This document shows positions 48,984 through 58,900 of a DNA stretch of 64,000 nt, in pieces (position 1 is the first letter of the stretch; the number at the start of each line of letters is the position of its first letter). The stretch spans positions 23,129 to 87,128 of the forward strand of contig JAKAGT010000014.1 of NCBI GenBank assembly GCA_021825585.1, read 5' to 3'. The notes beneath the pieces are model-generated. The model made no database searches, had not been told where the DNA came from, and saw nothing but the letters and a program-made list of their open reading frames with translations. The position numbers and the translations under genes were made by a program. The DNA is from Bacteroidota bacterium. Its GTDB lineage: Bacteria; Bacteroidota; Ignavibacteria; Kryptoniales; JAKASW01.

Positions 48984-50036
48984 TTATTTCTTTAAAAAAA
49001 AGCTGAACTCAGATCCCTTTCCAACCTCACTCTTTACCTCAATTTTGCTGTTGTGAGCCTCTACAATGTGCTTAACAATAGCAAGACCGAGCCCCGTTCC
49101 GCCGACACTCCTGCTCCTGTCCTTGTCCACCCTGTAGAATCTCTCGAAGATTCTCGCAAGGTGTTCCTCTCCTATCCCGGTGCCGTTGTCCCTGACAAAG
49201 ACTCTGACGGAGTTCGGAAGTTCCGCGAACCCCACTTCGATCTTTCCTCCCCTGTCGGTGTATTTTATTGAATTATCTATCAGATTGGATATCGCCTGTC
49301 TGAGTCTGTCCCTGTCTCCTAGAACAAGAACTTCGTGGGAATCGGAACGGTATTCGAGCAGGATGTCTTTTTTCTTCGCGATAGGCTGCATTTCCTCGGT
49401 CAGGGTACTTAGAAACTGAGAGATATCGAAATATCGGAAGCTCATTCTCATTTCGCCGCTTTCGATTCTCGAAATTTCGATGAGGTCATTAAGCAGGGTG
49501 TTCAGTCGCTCGGAATGCTGGTATGCCTTCTGAAGAAAATCCCTGTTCACATTCTCGTCGTCGATGGCCCCGTCTATCAGAGTTTCGATGAAGCCCTGGA
49601 TGCTGAATATGGGCGTGCGCAATTCGTGGGACACGTTAGCGAGGAACTCGCTTCGCACCCTCTCGAGTTTTTCGAGCTTTGCGATATCCTCCTTAAGGTT
49701 TCCGACGATCTGATTTACGAGTTTGCCTATCCGGCGGAGTTCCGGCGTCCCCGATTCCGGCAGACGAACGGAAAGATCCCCGGCACTGATTCTTTGCAGT
49801 GCATCCACTATGGTGTTTAGTATCTTAGTCTGACGGTTTCTGAAAGAAAGGAATACCTCTTCAAAAATATAGAACAGGGAAGCGCCAACGATCGCCGTAA
49901 TTACCAGATGATTTTCAAGGAATGTCGCCTGCAGTGAAAGAAGGTCCTCGAGAATCAACAGGAGCAGATATACGACCGCCCCTGCTGCGATCGCAATAGC
50001 TATCCTTGTCTTGTAGTCAGAAAAGAGTCTGGTCAT
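48984..50036 (-). CDS. phoR: Sensor histidine kinase (PhoR-like)
   Basis: TM region plus HAMP domain, H-box FLANVSHELRTP, and N/G boxes (DNSIKYT, DNGTGI, GGTGLGLAIV). 4-nt overlap with the upstream regulator gene. Confidence 0.8.
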   Translation of the reverse strand: MTRLFSDYKTRIAIAIAAGAVVYLLLLILEDLLSLQATFLENHLVITAIVGASLFYIFEEVFLSFRNRQTKILNTIVDALQRISAGDLSVRLPESGTPELRRIGKLVNQIVGNLKEDIAKLEKLERVRSEFLANVSHELRTPIFSIQGFIETLIDGAIDDENVNRDFLQKAYQHSERLNTLLNDLIEISRIESGEMRMSFRYFDISQFLSTLTEEMQPIAKKKDILLEYRSDSHEVLVLGDRDRLRQAISNLIDNSIKYTDRGGKIEVGFAELPNSVRVFVRDNGTGIGEEHLARIFERFYRVDKDRSRSVGGTGLGLAIVKHIVEAHNSKIEVKSEVGKGSEFSFFLKK

Positions 50037-50716
50037 TCCGCCTTAAATTTGTATCCGACCCCTTTGATGGTTTCAATCATCTCAGCGTGGTCGCCGAGCT
50101 TTTCACGGATCTTGCGTATATGCACGTCCACCGTTCTGTCTCCTACGTAGACATCCGAGCCCCAAATCCTGCTTAGAAGTGTCTCACGGGATATGACCTT
50201 GCCTTCATGGGAAGCCAGGTAATATAGTATCTCGAACTCTTTCCGGGGGAAGAACACCTGTTCGCCCCCGATTTTGACCAGGTAGCTTTCTCTGTCTATG
50301 ACAACCTTCCCGAAGTCAATGCTTTTATTCTCCTCGCTCTTGACACCTTCATATCTCCGGAGCACTGCACGGATCCGCGAAACTAATTTCCGCGGGCTAA
50401 TTGGTTTCACGATATAATCGTCCGCTCCGAGCTCAAGTCCGAGGACTTCGTCGAATTCCGCACTTTTCGCAGTCAGGAAAATGACGGGGATATCCATCGT
50501 CCTTTCGTTTTGGTTCAGTGCCTTAATCACCTCGTATCCGTCCTTGCCCGGAAGCATAATGTCCAGGAGGATAACATCCGGTCTGACTTCGGTCGCCTTC
50601 AGAAGCGCTCCGTCGCCGGTAGCAGCGGATTCAACCCTGAAGCCTTCGCGTTCAAGGTTATAACGTATAAGTTGAACAATGTCATTCTCATCGTCAACAA
50701 CAAGGACGGTTTTCAT
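50033..50716 (-). CDS. phoB: OmpR/PhoB-family response regulator
   Basis: 227 aa with REC (VVDDEND, ILLDIMLPG, LTAK) and a winged-helix domain (TVDVHIRKIREKL, IETIKGVGYKF). Confidence 0.85.
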   Translation of the reverse strand: MKTVLVVDDENDIVQLIRYNLEREGFRVESAATGDGALLKATEVRPDVILLDIMLPGKDGYEVIKALNQNERTMDIPVIFLTAKSAEFDEVLGLELGADDYIVKPISPRKLVSRIRAVLRRYEGVKSEENKSIDFGKVVIDRESYLVKIGGEQVFFPRKEFEILYYLASHEGKVISRETLLSRIWGSDVYVGDRTVDVHIRKIREKLGDHAEMIETIKGVGYKFKAE

Positions 50717-50889
50717 TTAGAGCTCCTATGTTTGCGGGGCAAGAGGATGGGGCTTGTCGCACGACACATGTCCCCTACGGGTACGCGTTACTATGTCCGT
50801 GACAGTAAACTGCGTTCCGCTTTCAGACTCGGCCCGGCCACACGCGTGGGGACAAGCCAGCCAGGATTCCCGGGATGCAGTTTCAGGCG

Positions 50890-50962
50890 AGGCGACGGGC
50901 GGATTCGAACCGCCGCATAAAGGTTTTGCAGACCTCTCCCTTAGCCACTTGGGTACGTCGCC
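50890..50962 (-). tRNA. tRNA-Cys (GCA)
   Basis: Hand-folded cloverleaf: GGCGACG/CGTCGCC acceptor, anticodon arm GAGGT-CTGCAAA-ACCTT, T-arm GGCGG-TTCGAAT-CCGCC. CCA is not encoded. Confidence 0.9.
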
Positions 50963-50965
50963 ATT

Positions 50966-51010
50966 AAAAAAACCGCCGTATTCCGCGTCCCGCGACGCGG
51001 GATCGGCGGG
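50966..51010 (-). terminator. GC-rich hairpin plus U7 between tRNA-Gly and tRNA-Cys
   Basis: Minus strand: CCGCCG-A-TCCCGCG-T-CGCGGGA-CGCGGAATA-CGGCGG-TTTTTTT. The U-run ends 3 nt before the tRNA-Cys 5' end. Confidence 0.45.
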
Positions 51011-51047
51011 CTGAAACCTACAGACTTAACAAAACTACTAGTTCGAG

Positions 51048-51120
<73 letters not shown>

Positions 51121-51132
51121 ATTTGTGTTGAA

Positions 51133-51161
51133 AATATAGCCGTACGCTGAAGAAAAGTCAA
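51133..51161 (-). promoter_or_regulatory. Near-consensus sigma70-type promoter for tRNA-Gly
   Basis: Minus strand: TTGACT (51156-51161), 17 nt, TATATT (51133-51138), then 12 nt to the mature tRNA 5' end. Confidence 0.6.
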
Positions 51162-51393
51162 GAACATGGAAGCAGCACGAGCGTCAGCGGGCTATTTTAC
51201 TCCCATTTGGACACCGAGCCCGCAGTGAAAAAAGGGCAATGGTATTCGACCTTTGCGGGGCTTTGCGCCTTCTTGAAAACGCTGGTCTTCCTTCAAAGAG
51301 CCTATCGCATTTTCCGGGAGAACCCACGCCTGCGCTCTGAGGTGCGCCGGCTCTTAACTAGAATGAGATACTCCGCATATTGGGTGGGTAATG

Positions 51394-51456
51394 TCGGGGC
51401 GGTGGGATTCGAACGGACGACCTTGGCGCGAAGCGCGCTACGCTCTAACCGGGCTG
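51394..51456 (-). other. tRNA-like 3' fragment (degenerate copy)
   Basis: Matches tRNA-Pro over the D-loop, variable loop, T-arm and 3' acceptor strand, apart from two T-stem mismatches (GTCCG vs CCCAC). The anticodon arm is replaced and its stem carries one mismatch, and there is no 5' acceptor strand. Confidence 0.7.
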
Positions 51457-51696
51457 TTGGGTTGTTAAGTCCATGAGGTATCTTTTCGCACCGCGTGCCT
51501 TGATTTGCTTCTCTCGCCTGACGGCCTCAGGGCGTGTCGGGAACTCTTCTGCGTGAACTAGCTGCCACGGAATACCCGGCTTTATGGATTTGGTTTCCCC
51601 TGAGTTGTGTTCGATCAGTCGATTTTCAAGATCTTCGGTACTACCCGTGTAGTATCTATCAGTCCTCTTACTATACAGAATATAGACTTTGTACAT
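51445..51696 (-). CDS. Small GIY-YIG (URI-domain, YhbQ/COG2827-like) nuclease-family protein, copy 2
   Basis: 83 aa: MYKVYILYSKRTDRYYTGSTEDLENRLIEHNSG... (GIY-YIG core, Arg, Glu, Asn). The ORF-track start at 51750 runs through the tRNA-like fragment and is unlikely. Confidence 0.8.
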   Translation of the reverse strand: MYKVYILYSKRTDRYYTGSTEDLENRLIEHNSGETKSIKPGIPWQLVHAEEFPTRPEAVRREKQIKARGAKRYLMDLTTQQPG

Positions 51697-51702
51697 CGAT
51701 CG

Positions 51703-51765
51703 TCGGGGCGGTGGGATTCGAACCCACGACCTTGGCGCGAAGCGCGCCACGCTCTAACCGGGCTG
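51703..51765 (-). other. tRNA-like 3' fragment (stems intact)
   Basis: CAGCCCGGTTAGAGCG + TGGCG-CGCTTCG-CGCCA + AGGTC + GTGGG-TTCGAAT-CCCAC + CGCCCCGA. Outside the anticodon arm it is identical to tRNA-Pro. It lacks U33 and a 5' acceptor strand. Confidence 0.7.
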
Positions 51766-52005
51766 TTGGGTTGTTAAGTCCATGAGGTACCTTTTCGCAC
51801 CGCGTGCCTTGATTTGCTTCTCTCGCCTGACGGCCTCAGGGCGTGTCGGGAACTCTTCTGCGTGAACTAGCTGCCACGGAATACCCGGCTTTATGGATTT
51901 GGTTTCCCCGGAGTTGTGTTCGATCAGTCGATTTTCAAGATCTTCGGTGCTACCCGTGTAGTATCTATCAGTCCTCTTACTATACAGAATATAGACTTTG
52001 TACAT
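51754..52005 (-). CDS. Small GIY-YIG nuclease-family protein, copy 1
   Basis: Protein identical to copy 2. The ATG lies 6 nt (CGATCG) after the tRNA-Pro discriminator base. The last 3 codons and the TAG stop lie in the tRNA-like D-loop sequence. Confidence 0.8.
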   Translation of the reverse strand: MYKVYILYSKRTDRYYTGSTEDLENRLIEHNSGETKSIKPGIPWQLVHAEEFPTRPEAVRREKQIKARGAKRYLMDLTTQQPG

Positions 52006-52011
52006 CGATCG

Positions 52012-52086
52012 TCGGGGCGGTGGGATTCGAACCCACGACCTCCTGGTCCCAAACCAGGCGCTCTAACCGGGCTGAGCCACGCCCCG
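52012..52086 (-). tRNA. tRNA-Pro (TGG)
   Basis: CGGGGCG/CGCCCCG acceptor, D-arm GCTC-AGCCCGGTTA-GAGC, anticodon arm CCTGG-TTTGGGA-CCAGG, T-arm GTGGG-TTCGAAT-CCCAC, discriminator A. Confidence 0.9.
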
Positions 52087-52297
52087 CAGGATTTAACTCA
52101 ATATAACCCATCCCGGGCGAATACAACAAGCAAAACGCGGACTTGTCTCGTGAAAAGCTTGATCGGGTGTTCATACGGGCGGGGGCCGGGTTTATGTTTA
52201 TACTGCGAACAAATAAGAAAGACCGGCAAATGGTCCCGGTTTCGTTGCATAAAAAGGGGGTGTTGGTTAACTTTCAGATTATCAATCTTCAAAGGAG

Positions 52298-52720
52298 ATG
52301 TCGATGGCTTACCAACCTAAACCACCTGAAGGATGGCTTAAGACCAATTTAAGGTATTATAAGCACTCCGGAAGCTGGGCCTGGATACTGCATAGAATCA
52401 CGGGGCTCGGACTTACAGCTTACATTTTTGTCCACATTTACGCGCTGACCTCGCTTACTCAAGGCCCACAGGCCTTTGACAACGAGATGAAGCTTTTCTC
52501 AACCCCCGTGTTCAAGGTTCTTGAGTGGCTTCTGTTTTCGCTTGTACTCTTTCATGCATTCAACGGTGTGAGGATTGTTCTCGTCGATTGGGCGAGCGGA
52601 GCGAAAAATCACAAGAAGATTCTTACGTTAGTTTACGGACTCGGAGTAGTTCTCTTCATCGGAATGGGGGTACTGATGTTCAGAGAGCCACTCGCCAACA
52701 TGTTTGCTTCAATAAGGTGA
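52298..52720 (+). CDS. sdhC: Succinate dehydrogenase cytochrome b subunit
   Basis: 3-TM protein with HRITGLGLTAYIFVHIY, first gene of the sdh operon. AAGGAG abuts the 52298 ATG, so the ATG at 52304 may be the real start. Confidence 0.8.
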   Translation: MSMAYQPKPPEGWLKTNLRYYKHSGSWAWILHRITGLGLTAYIFVHIYALTSLTQGPQAFDNEMKLFSTPVFKVLEWLLFSLVLFHAFNGVRIVLVDWASGAKNHKKILTLVYGLGVVLFIGMGVLMFREPLANMFASIR

Positions 52721-52728
52721 GGTGAAAA

Positions 52729-53079
52729 ATGTATAAACACACTGGATCGCGCGGAAGTGGTGCGCCCTCTTGGGTGCTCCAGCGAATTACCGGGCTCCTG
52801 CTCGTCGTCGTCGTGATCGGACATTATTTCGTTATGCATGCGAACCCGGCGAGCGGCCACACATATGCCGCCGTCCTCGACAGGATGCATCAACCATTCT
52901 GGAAAATGTTCGACCTGACATTCATTACCGTCGGATTGTGGCACGGGCTTAACGGTACATGGGGAATCTTTCGGGATTATAAGATGAAACCTGCTGTTAG
53001 TCTGACGATCTACGGAATCATCATCCTGTCGGGAATTGCTTTCTGGGTTCTCGGCGTAAACACGATTCTTTCTTTCTAA
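52729..53079 (+). CDS. sdhD: Succinate dehydrogenase hydrophobic anchor subunit
   Basis: 116 aa, 3 TM helices, [20 protein letters not shown]. Lies between sdhC and sdhA. Confidence 0.7.
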   Translation: MYKHTGSRGSGAPSWVLQRITGLLLVVVVIGHYFVMHANPASGHTYAAVLDRMHQPFWKMFDLTFITVGLWHGLNGTWGIFRDYKMKPAVSLTIYGIIILSGIAFWVLGVNTILSF

Positions 53080-53098
53080 TATTGAAAAGGAATTTGTA

Positions 53099-54856
53099 AT
53101 GATCACTCATCAATACGATGTATTAATAGTTGGAGCAGGAGGAGCGGGGCTGCGGGCGGCTCTGGAGATTCCCGAAGGATTTAGTTGCGCCGTCCTCTCC
53201 AAGGTCTTCCCGACTCGCTCTCATACCGGGGCGGCTCAGGGCGGAATCGGGGCCGCTCTTGGAAATGAAGAGGAGGATAGCTGGGAATGGCACATGTTCG
53301 ATACCGTCAAGGGGAGCGATTACCTGGGGGATCAGGAAGCAATTGAAATAATGACCAAGGACGCCAGCCGGGCCATAATAGAGCTGGAACACATGGGAAT
53401 GCCCTTTTCCAGGACGCCTGAGGGGAAAATAGCACAGCGCAGATTCGGCGGCCACACGAGGCCTGAGGATCCTTCCGACCCGGATTCGAAGCATATCGCG
53501 GTAAAAAGATCGTGCTACTCCGCCGACAGGACGGGGCACGTCATGCTTCATACTCTCTACGAAAACTGCATAAAACAGAAGGTCCATTTCTTCTCGGAAT
53601 TCTACGTCACCGATCTGATAATGTCGGGCAATGTCTGTGCAGGAATCGTCGCCATGGATATCGCGACGAGCGAAGTACACATATTCCACGCAAAGGCGGT
53701 AATGCTTGCCACCGGCGGCTACGGCAGAGTTTTCAGGATTACTTCGAATGCTCATGCCGGCACGGGCGATGGATTCTCGCTAGTGTACAACAACGGTCTG
53801 CCGCTGCAGGACATGGAATTTGTTCAGTTCCATCCGACCGGTTTGTGGAAACTTGGAATCCTGATTTCAGAGGCGGCACGCGGCGAAGGCGGAATATTAC
53901 TGAACAACAAGGGCGAGCGTTTCATGGAACGTTACGCGCCCACCGTGAAGGACCTTGCCCCCCGAGACATGGTCTCCCGTGCGATCTTAACGGAAATTCG
54001 TGAAGGACGCGGCTTCAAGGGGAGCGACGGGACATATTACGTTCATCTTGATGTTTCCCACTTGCCCAAGGAAGTTATCGATGACAAACTTCCCGAGATT
54101 ACAGGTTTTGCAAGAACATACCTCGGTGTCGAACCTACGAAGGAGCCGATTCCCATCCAGCCCACCGCACACTATGCAATGGGCGGAATTCCAACCACCC
54201 CGGATGCGGAGGTGACCAAGGACAAGAAGAATACCAAAGTCGCCGGGCTCTATGCCGCCGGCGAGGCCGCCTGCGTATCGGTCCACGGTGCAAATCGCCT
54301 TGGAACGAACTCCCTGCTTGACCTTATAGTTTTCGGGCGCCGCGGGGGGAAGGCGATAGCCGAGTTCATCAAGAATACCGATTTTGCTCCTCTCCCAGCG
54401 GATGCGGCAGAAAGGACACTTTCGAAGATCGACAAGGTCATGAATTCGAAAGGGAGCGAGAAAGTCGGCGCGCTTCGCACGGAACTCCAGGAAAAGATGA
54501 TGGAGAAAGTCGGGATCTTCAGAAACGAGAGCGATTTGAAGGAGATGACTTCGGAGATAAAGAGCCTGCGGGAGCGTTACCAGAATATCGCGATCGACGA
54601 CAAAGGGAAGACCTTCAACACCGATCTGATCGAGGCGATTGAGCTCGGTAGTCTGCTGGACACAGCCGAGCCGATAATCTACGGCGCCCTCGTCAGACAG
54701 GAGTCGCGTGGGGCACATTCACGCGAGGATTTCCCGAACCGCGACGATAAAAACTGGCTCAAGCATACTCTTATCTTCAAGAAGGATGGAACGCCAAAGG
54801 TAGATTACAAGACGGTTTCCATCACACGTTTCCAGCCGAAAGAAAGAAAGTACTGA
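53099..54856 (+). CDS. sdhA: Succinate dehydrogenase flavoprotein subunit
   Basis: [25 protein letters not shown] (FAD-linking His), HPTG, and RGEGG. Confidence 0.95.
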   Translation: MITHQYDVLIVGAGGAGLRAALEIPEGFSCAVLSKVFPTRSHTGAAQGGIGAALGNEEEDSWEWHMFDTVKGSDYLGDQEAIEIMTKDASRAIIELEHMGMPFSRTPEGKIAQRRFGGHTRPEDPSDPDSKHIAVKRSCYSADRTGHVMLHTLYENCIKQKVHFFSEFYVTDLIMSGNVCAGIVAMDIATSEVHIFHAKAVMLATGGYGRVFRITSNAHAGTGDGFSLVYNNGLPLQDMEFVQFHPTGLWKLGILISEAARGEGGILLNNKGERFMERYAPTVKDLAPRDMVSRAILTEIREGRGFKGSDGTYYVHLDVSHLPKEVIDDKLPEITGFARTYLGVEPTKEPIPIQPTAHYAMGGIPTTPDAEVTKDKKNTKVAGLYAAGEAACVSVHGANRLGTNSLLDLIVFGRRGGKAIAEFIKNTDFAPLPADAAERTLSKIDKVMNSKGSEKVGALRTELQEKMMEKVGIFRNESDLKEMTSEIKSLRERYQNIAIDDKGKTFNTDLIEAIELGSLLDTAEPIIYGALVRQESRGAHSREDFPNRDDKNWLKHTLIFKKDGTPKVDYKTVSITRFQPKERKY

Positions 54857-54872
54857 AAGGAAAGGCGGAAAA

Positions 54873-55580
54873 ATGAAAGTCACTCTTCGAATACAAAGGT
54901 ACAACCCCGAAAAAGACTCGGAACCTTACTATCAGGAATTCGTTCTTGAGGCGGGAGACGAAAAGGAGAGGATACTCGATCTCCTTCACCAGGCAAAATG
55001 GAAACACGACGGCACTTTGACGTTTCGCCGCTCCTGCGCGCATGGCGTCTGCGGTTCCGACGGAATAAGGATCAACGGGAGGAACAGGCTAGCCTGCTCG
55101 ACCCTCCTCAGGGACGTCAACTATAAGAAGCCGATAGTGATTGAGCCGCTGCCATCCATGCCGATTGTTAAGGATCTGATTGTCGACATGTCGGATTTCT
55201 ACAAAAAGTACGAGGCGGTGAAACCGTACTTAATTAATAACGCGCCGCCGCCGGAACATGAGCGTCTGCAGAGCAACGAGGATGCCGAAATGCTGTTCGA
55301 ATCAGCCAAGTGCATACTCTGCGCCTGCTGTACGACATCTTGCCCGTCATCATGGTCGGACGAGAACTACATCGGGCCGGCAGCACTTCTCAAGGCATAC
55401 CGGTTTGTATTTGACACGCGCGACGATGCCGGTGATGAACGGCTCGACGTTGTGGATACTCCGGACGGCGCCTGGAGATGCCATACCATATTCAACTGTG
55501 TCGAGGCATGCCCGAAAGAAATCAACATAACGTGGCACATATCCCAGATGAAAAAGCGACTGGCTCAGCGGGAAATGTAG
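54873..55580 (+). CDS. sdhB: Succinate dehydrogenase iron-sulfur subunit
   Basis: Three Cys clusters: CAHGVCGSDG, CILCACCTTSCP and CHTIFNCVEACP. Confidence 0.95.
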   Translation: MKVTLRIQRYNPEKDSEPYYQEFVLEAGDEKERILDLLHQAKWKHDGTLTFRRSCAHGVCGSDGIRINGRNRLACSTLLRDVNYKKPIVIEPLPSMPIVKDLIVDMSDFYKKYEAVKPYLINNAPPPEHERLQSNEDAEMLFESAKCILCACCTTSCPSSWSDENYIGPAALLKAYRFVFDTRDDAGDERLDVVDTPDGAWRCHTIFNCVEACPKEINITWHISQMKKRLAQREM

Positions 55581-55901
55581 CCGAAAGTAAGTCGAATCTG
55601 AACGAACCGAGGCTGTCCCATAAGTGTCGTTGTGTCATTCCCGAATGCTCTTATCCCGGTCATTAATCTTTTTCTTCTTTTGGGACAACCTCGGTCATTT
55701 CTCCCACCTGGGAATCCGCTCCATCACCTGCCATAATGACTTCCTTCTTCCACCACTGGATCCAACTTCTTTCATGCAGGAGGTGGATCCTTTGTGAAAC
55801 GGTAACCAGGCGGCCAATTCGAACCTGGCACACAACATTACGTTTTTTTCACATACCCGTTTTTCCCTTTCTCGTTCCTTCCTAAGACTTTATATTACAC
55901 C

Positions 55902-58900
55902 ATGTTCAGAAGAATCCTACTGATAGTCGGCATCATGTTAGCGCTGAGTCCGGCACTGTTGGCGCAGGAAGGGCAGGCCAGCTCGGATTTGCAATTTGGA
56001 ATGGAGTTGTACAAGAACAAGATGTACGACCTTGCCGAGGAGCAGTTCAGCAAATTCCTGCAGCAATATCCCGCCTCTCCGTCGGCGTCCCAGGCAAGGT
56101 ATTACCTTGCAATGTCGCAGCTTGAAGAAAAGAAGTTTTCATCCGCGGCGACGAATTTCCAGGCTTTTGCGGTCCAGTATCCAAACGACCCGCTTGCCCC
56201 GACCGCGTGGATTAACGCCGGGGAGGCATTTGCAAAGGCAGATCAATATTCAAACGCGGGTTTGGCGTATGAGCGACTTAGAGTTTTTTATCCGCAAGAT
56301 GCTCACGCGCCGGGGGCGCTACTGAAAGCTGCAAGGTATTTCGAACTTTCGGGTGATACGACACGGGCCGAGAATTCTCTCCTGATCGTCGTGAACGATT
56401 ATTCCTCGACCTCCAGCTATTTTCAGGCGACCCTTCAGCTCGGCAATCTGTATTTCGGTTCGGGGCAACTTCTGAAGGCAGAGAACCAGTACAAATCACT
56501 GCTGACTTCCGGTAGCGACTCGGTTCGAGTTATGGGCCTGCTCGCACTCGGCAAACTCAACAAGATGCGCGGCATGACACGGCAGGCGGAGGGATACCTC
56601 GATGATGCTGCCCAATTAAACATCGCGCCGCAGAGTTTAGATGCGCTTCTCGAAAGTATTGAGATCGATTTGGAGGCAGGGGACTTTTCGCGTGCTCTCC
56701 AACGCGCTGGACAAATAGATACCAGCAGTCTGACCGGCGGGCAGGTGGAGAGACTCGAGTACGAGAGGGCCTACTCCCAGATAGGTCTCGGAAACACAGC
56801 CGGGTATGAAAACAGGCTCGACAGATTGAGAAAACTCCCTGCTGGGTACAGAATAAGGTTGGCCGGGCTTCTCGGCACGAGGGCAATGTATACTGACGGG
56901 GTGTCGCTACTCCGGAATCTGCCGTCGGACTATCTCACCGATGAGACTTTGACGCTCTATGCTGAGCTGGCCTTCAATGCCGGGAGGATGAATCTTGCGG
57001 ATTCACTCCTTTCGCTTTCCATGGAGCGGTCTAAGAGCCCAAAGGCAAGAGTTGTAGTGCAATTGCTGAATATCGAGAGTGTATATCTCAAGAATCCGGA
57101 GCTGGTTCGACGGACCTTTTCCCGCTATCAGGGGGACTTGAAAGATCGGCCTGATGCGTTTTTGTACTATGAGGCTCAATATGAAGCGAACAACGGCAAT
57201 TACAGGGACGCTTTGAGGGACCTGAACGAGATTCTGGAAAAATACCCATGGTCGGACTACGCCGCCGCGTCCGACAGCCTGTCGAACTACATGTCAAATT
57301 TCAAGGATGTTGATTATAAAGCAGCGATAGTTACCCTGGCAGACATCATCTACAGCCAGTCGTCGACTTCCGGAAACAAAGTTGACGCGCTTATGCATCT
57401 CGGAAATCTCTTCAGGAGCGAACTGAAAGACTACGGCCGTGCGGCTGAGATTTACAGGGAAGTTGCTTCAATAGCTGCCGGAGATACCGGGAGGATTGCT
57501 GAATTTCTCCTTGCCGAGACACTCGAGAAGACTTCGGGCGCAGAAATCGGCGAGAATTCTCCTTCTTATTCGATCTATCAGAAACTAGCATCGGGTCTGA
57601 GTAACGATTCCATTTCCGAAAGGTCGCTTTACCAGGTGGTCCGTTTGCAGGACGATTCGGGAGATTCAGTTTCGGCAGAGAGTTCGGCCCTGGGTTTCCT
57701 GAAGCGTTTTCCGAATTCCACATATGTGCCGGAAGTCTACTATATTCTCGCGAGAACGCTATACAACAGCGGAGCTTATCACGAGGCGATCGCACAGGCT
57801 GCGCTTGCGGGCGCCATGCCGGGAGCGCAACTCATCATGGCACGAGCTGAGATCGGCCTCGACTCCCTCAGCGACGCGCAATCGACTCTGCAGGGTCTTT
57901 TCTCTTCGCAGCCGCCCGAGAAATATCTGATCGAAGGGCAGCTGCTTTATGCACGACTCCTGGCGGAGATGAACCTGGATGCCGGTCAGGCTTATTTTCA
58001 ATTGCTGGGAGAGATCGGCCCATCCCGTTACAAGAACGACATCGCGGCAAAGTTTGCCGATTATCTCTACACTACCGGGCGCTTCGACAGTGCTTATTCT
58101 GTTTATGCGTCGATTGGCGCCGATCAGTTGTGGCATACTTCAGACCCGGCGATAGTCTATCGAATGGCGTATTGCAAGCTGAAGGCAGGAAACCTGAAGA
58201 GGGCTGAGGATCTCTTCCAGGAGGTTGCGACGAATTCAGGCGATTCCTCCAGAGTGGCCGATTCATACTACCAGCTCGGGAAGATTTACGCGTCGCTCGG
58301 CGACAAGCGCATGAGCGCGTCATTCTACGAGAAGGCGGGTTCAGGCGATTTGAAAGGACTCCTGGACGCGGCCGAAACATATTTTAGGTCGCTCGACTAT
58401 GCCGACGCGAAGCGAGTGTACCAGCAGATTTTGAATGCCACATCGGTGGATACTCTAAAAGCATATTCGGCGGCGAGATTGATCGACATAAACTATTTGA
58501 CAAACAACGTCAAGGATGCCGATCTGGCGGCTGCAAACTTCAGGAAAAATTATCCCGACGCCGGCGACAGATATGTCGCGCGGTTTCTTGTTGACAAGGC
58601 CGAGTATCTGATTCGCATGAAAAGCTATGCGGAGGCAAGGAGGATTCTCGACAAGGTGAAGGGTGACTATGACAATACTCCTTCGTATCCCGCCGCCTTG
58701 CTGGACGAGGCGAAGATCCTGGTGGAGGTTGGAGACCTGGCAAAGGCGCAGCAGAAGCTCGAGGAATTGATCAAGAAGTATCCGGTGAGTCCTGTTGCAC
58801 CTGAGGCCCATCTCCAACTCGGGAATATCTTCTACGCCCATCAGAAATATCAGGACGCGATCGATAATTTCCGGGCGATCTATCTCGACTCGCTGGCCGA

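Larger units (their letters stand above)
51394..52011. repeat. Head-to-tail tandem duplication, 2 x 309 bp (GIY-YIG ORF plus tRNA-like fragment)
   Basis: Units at 51394-51702 and 51703-52011 differ at 6 positions by hand alignment. The repeat continues 30 nt into tRNA-Pro (52012-52041). Confidence 0.9.

Noticed and set aside
50717-50889. There might be a Pho box upstream of phoB (CTGTCAC at about 50802-50808 on the minus strand).
   Set aside because: Only one half-site resembles CTGTCAT, and the expected second repeat 11 bp away (ATAGTAA) matches poorly. A nearby TGTCG-CA-CGACA palindrome is too short to interpret.
51394-52011. The tandem repeat might be a CRISPR array or an rRNA/IS fragment.
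   Set aside because: There are only two 309-bp units with no short repeat/spacer periodicity. Each unit encodes an intact GIY-YIG ORF, and there are no cas genes, transposase or terminal inverted repeats.
51207-52106. Plus-strand ORFs of 83-89 aa (51207-51476, 51534-51785, 51843-52106) recur through the repeat.
   Set aside because: They recur only because the DNA is duplicated. They lie antisense to the GIY-YIG ORFs and run through tRNA sequence, and their translations are not protein-like.
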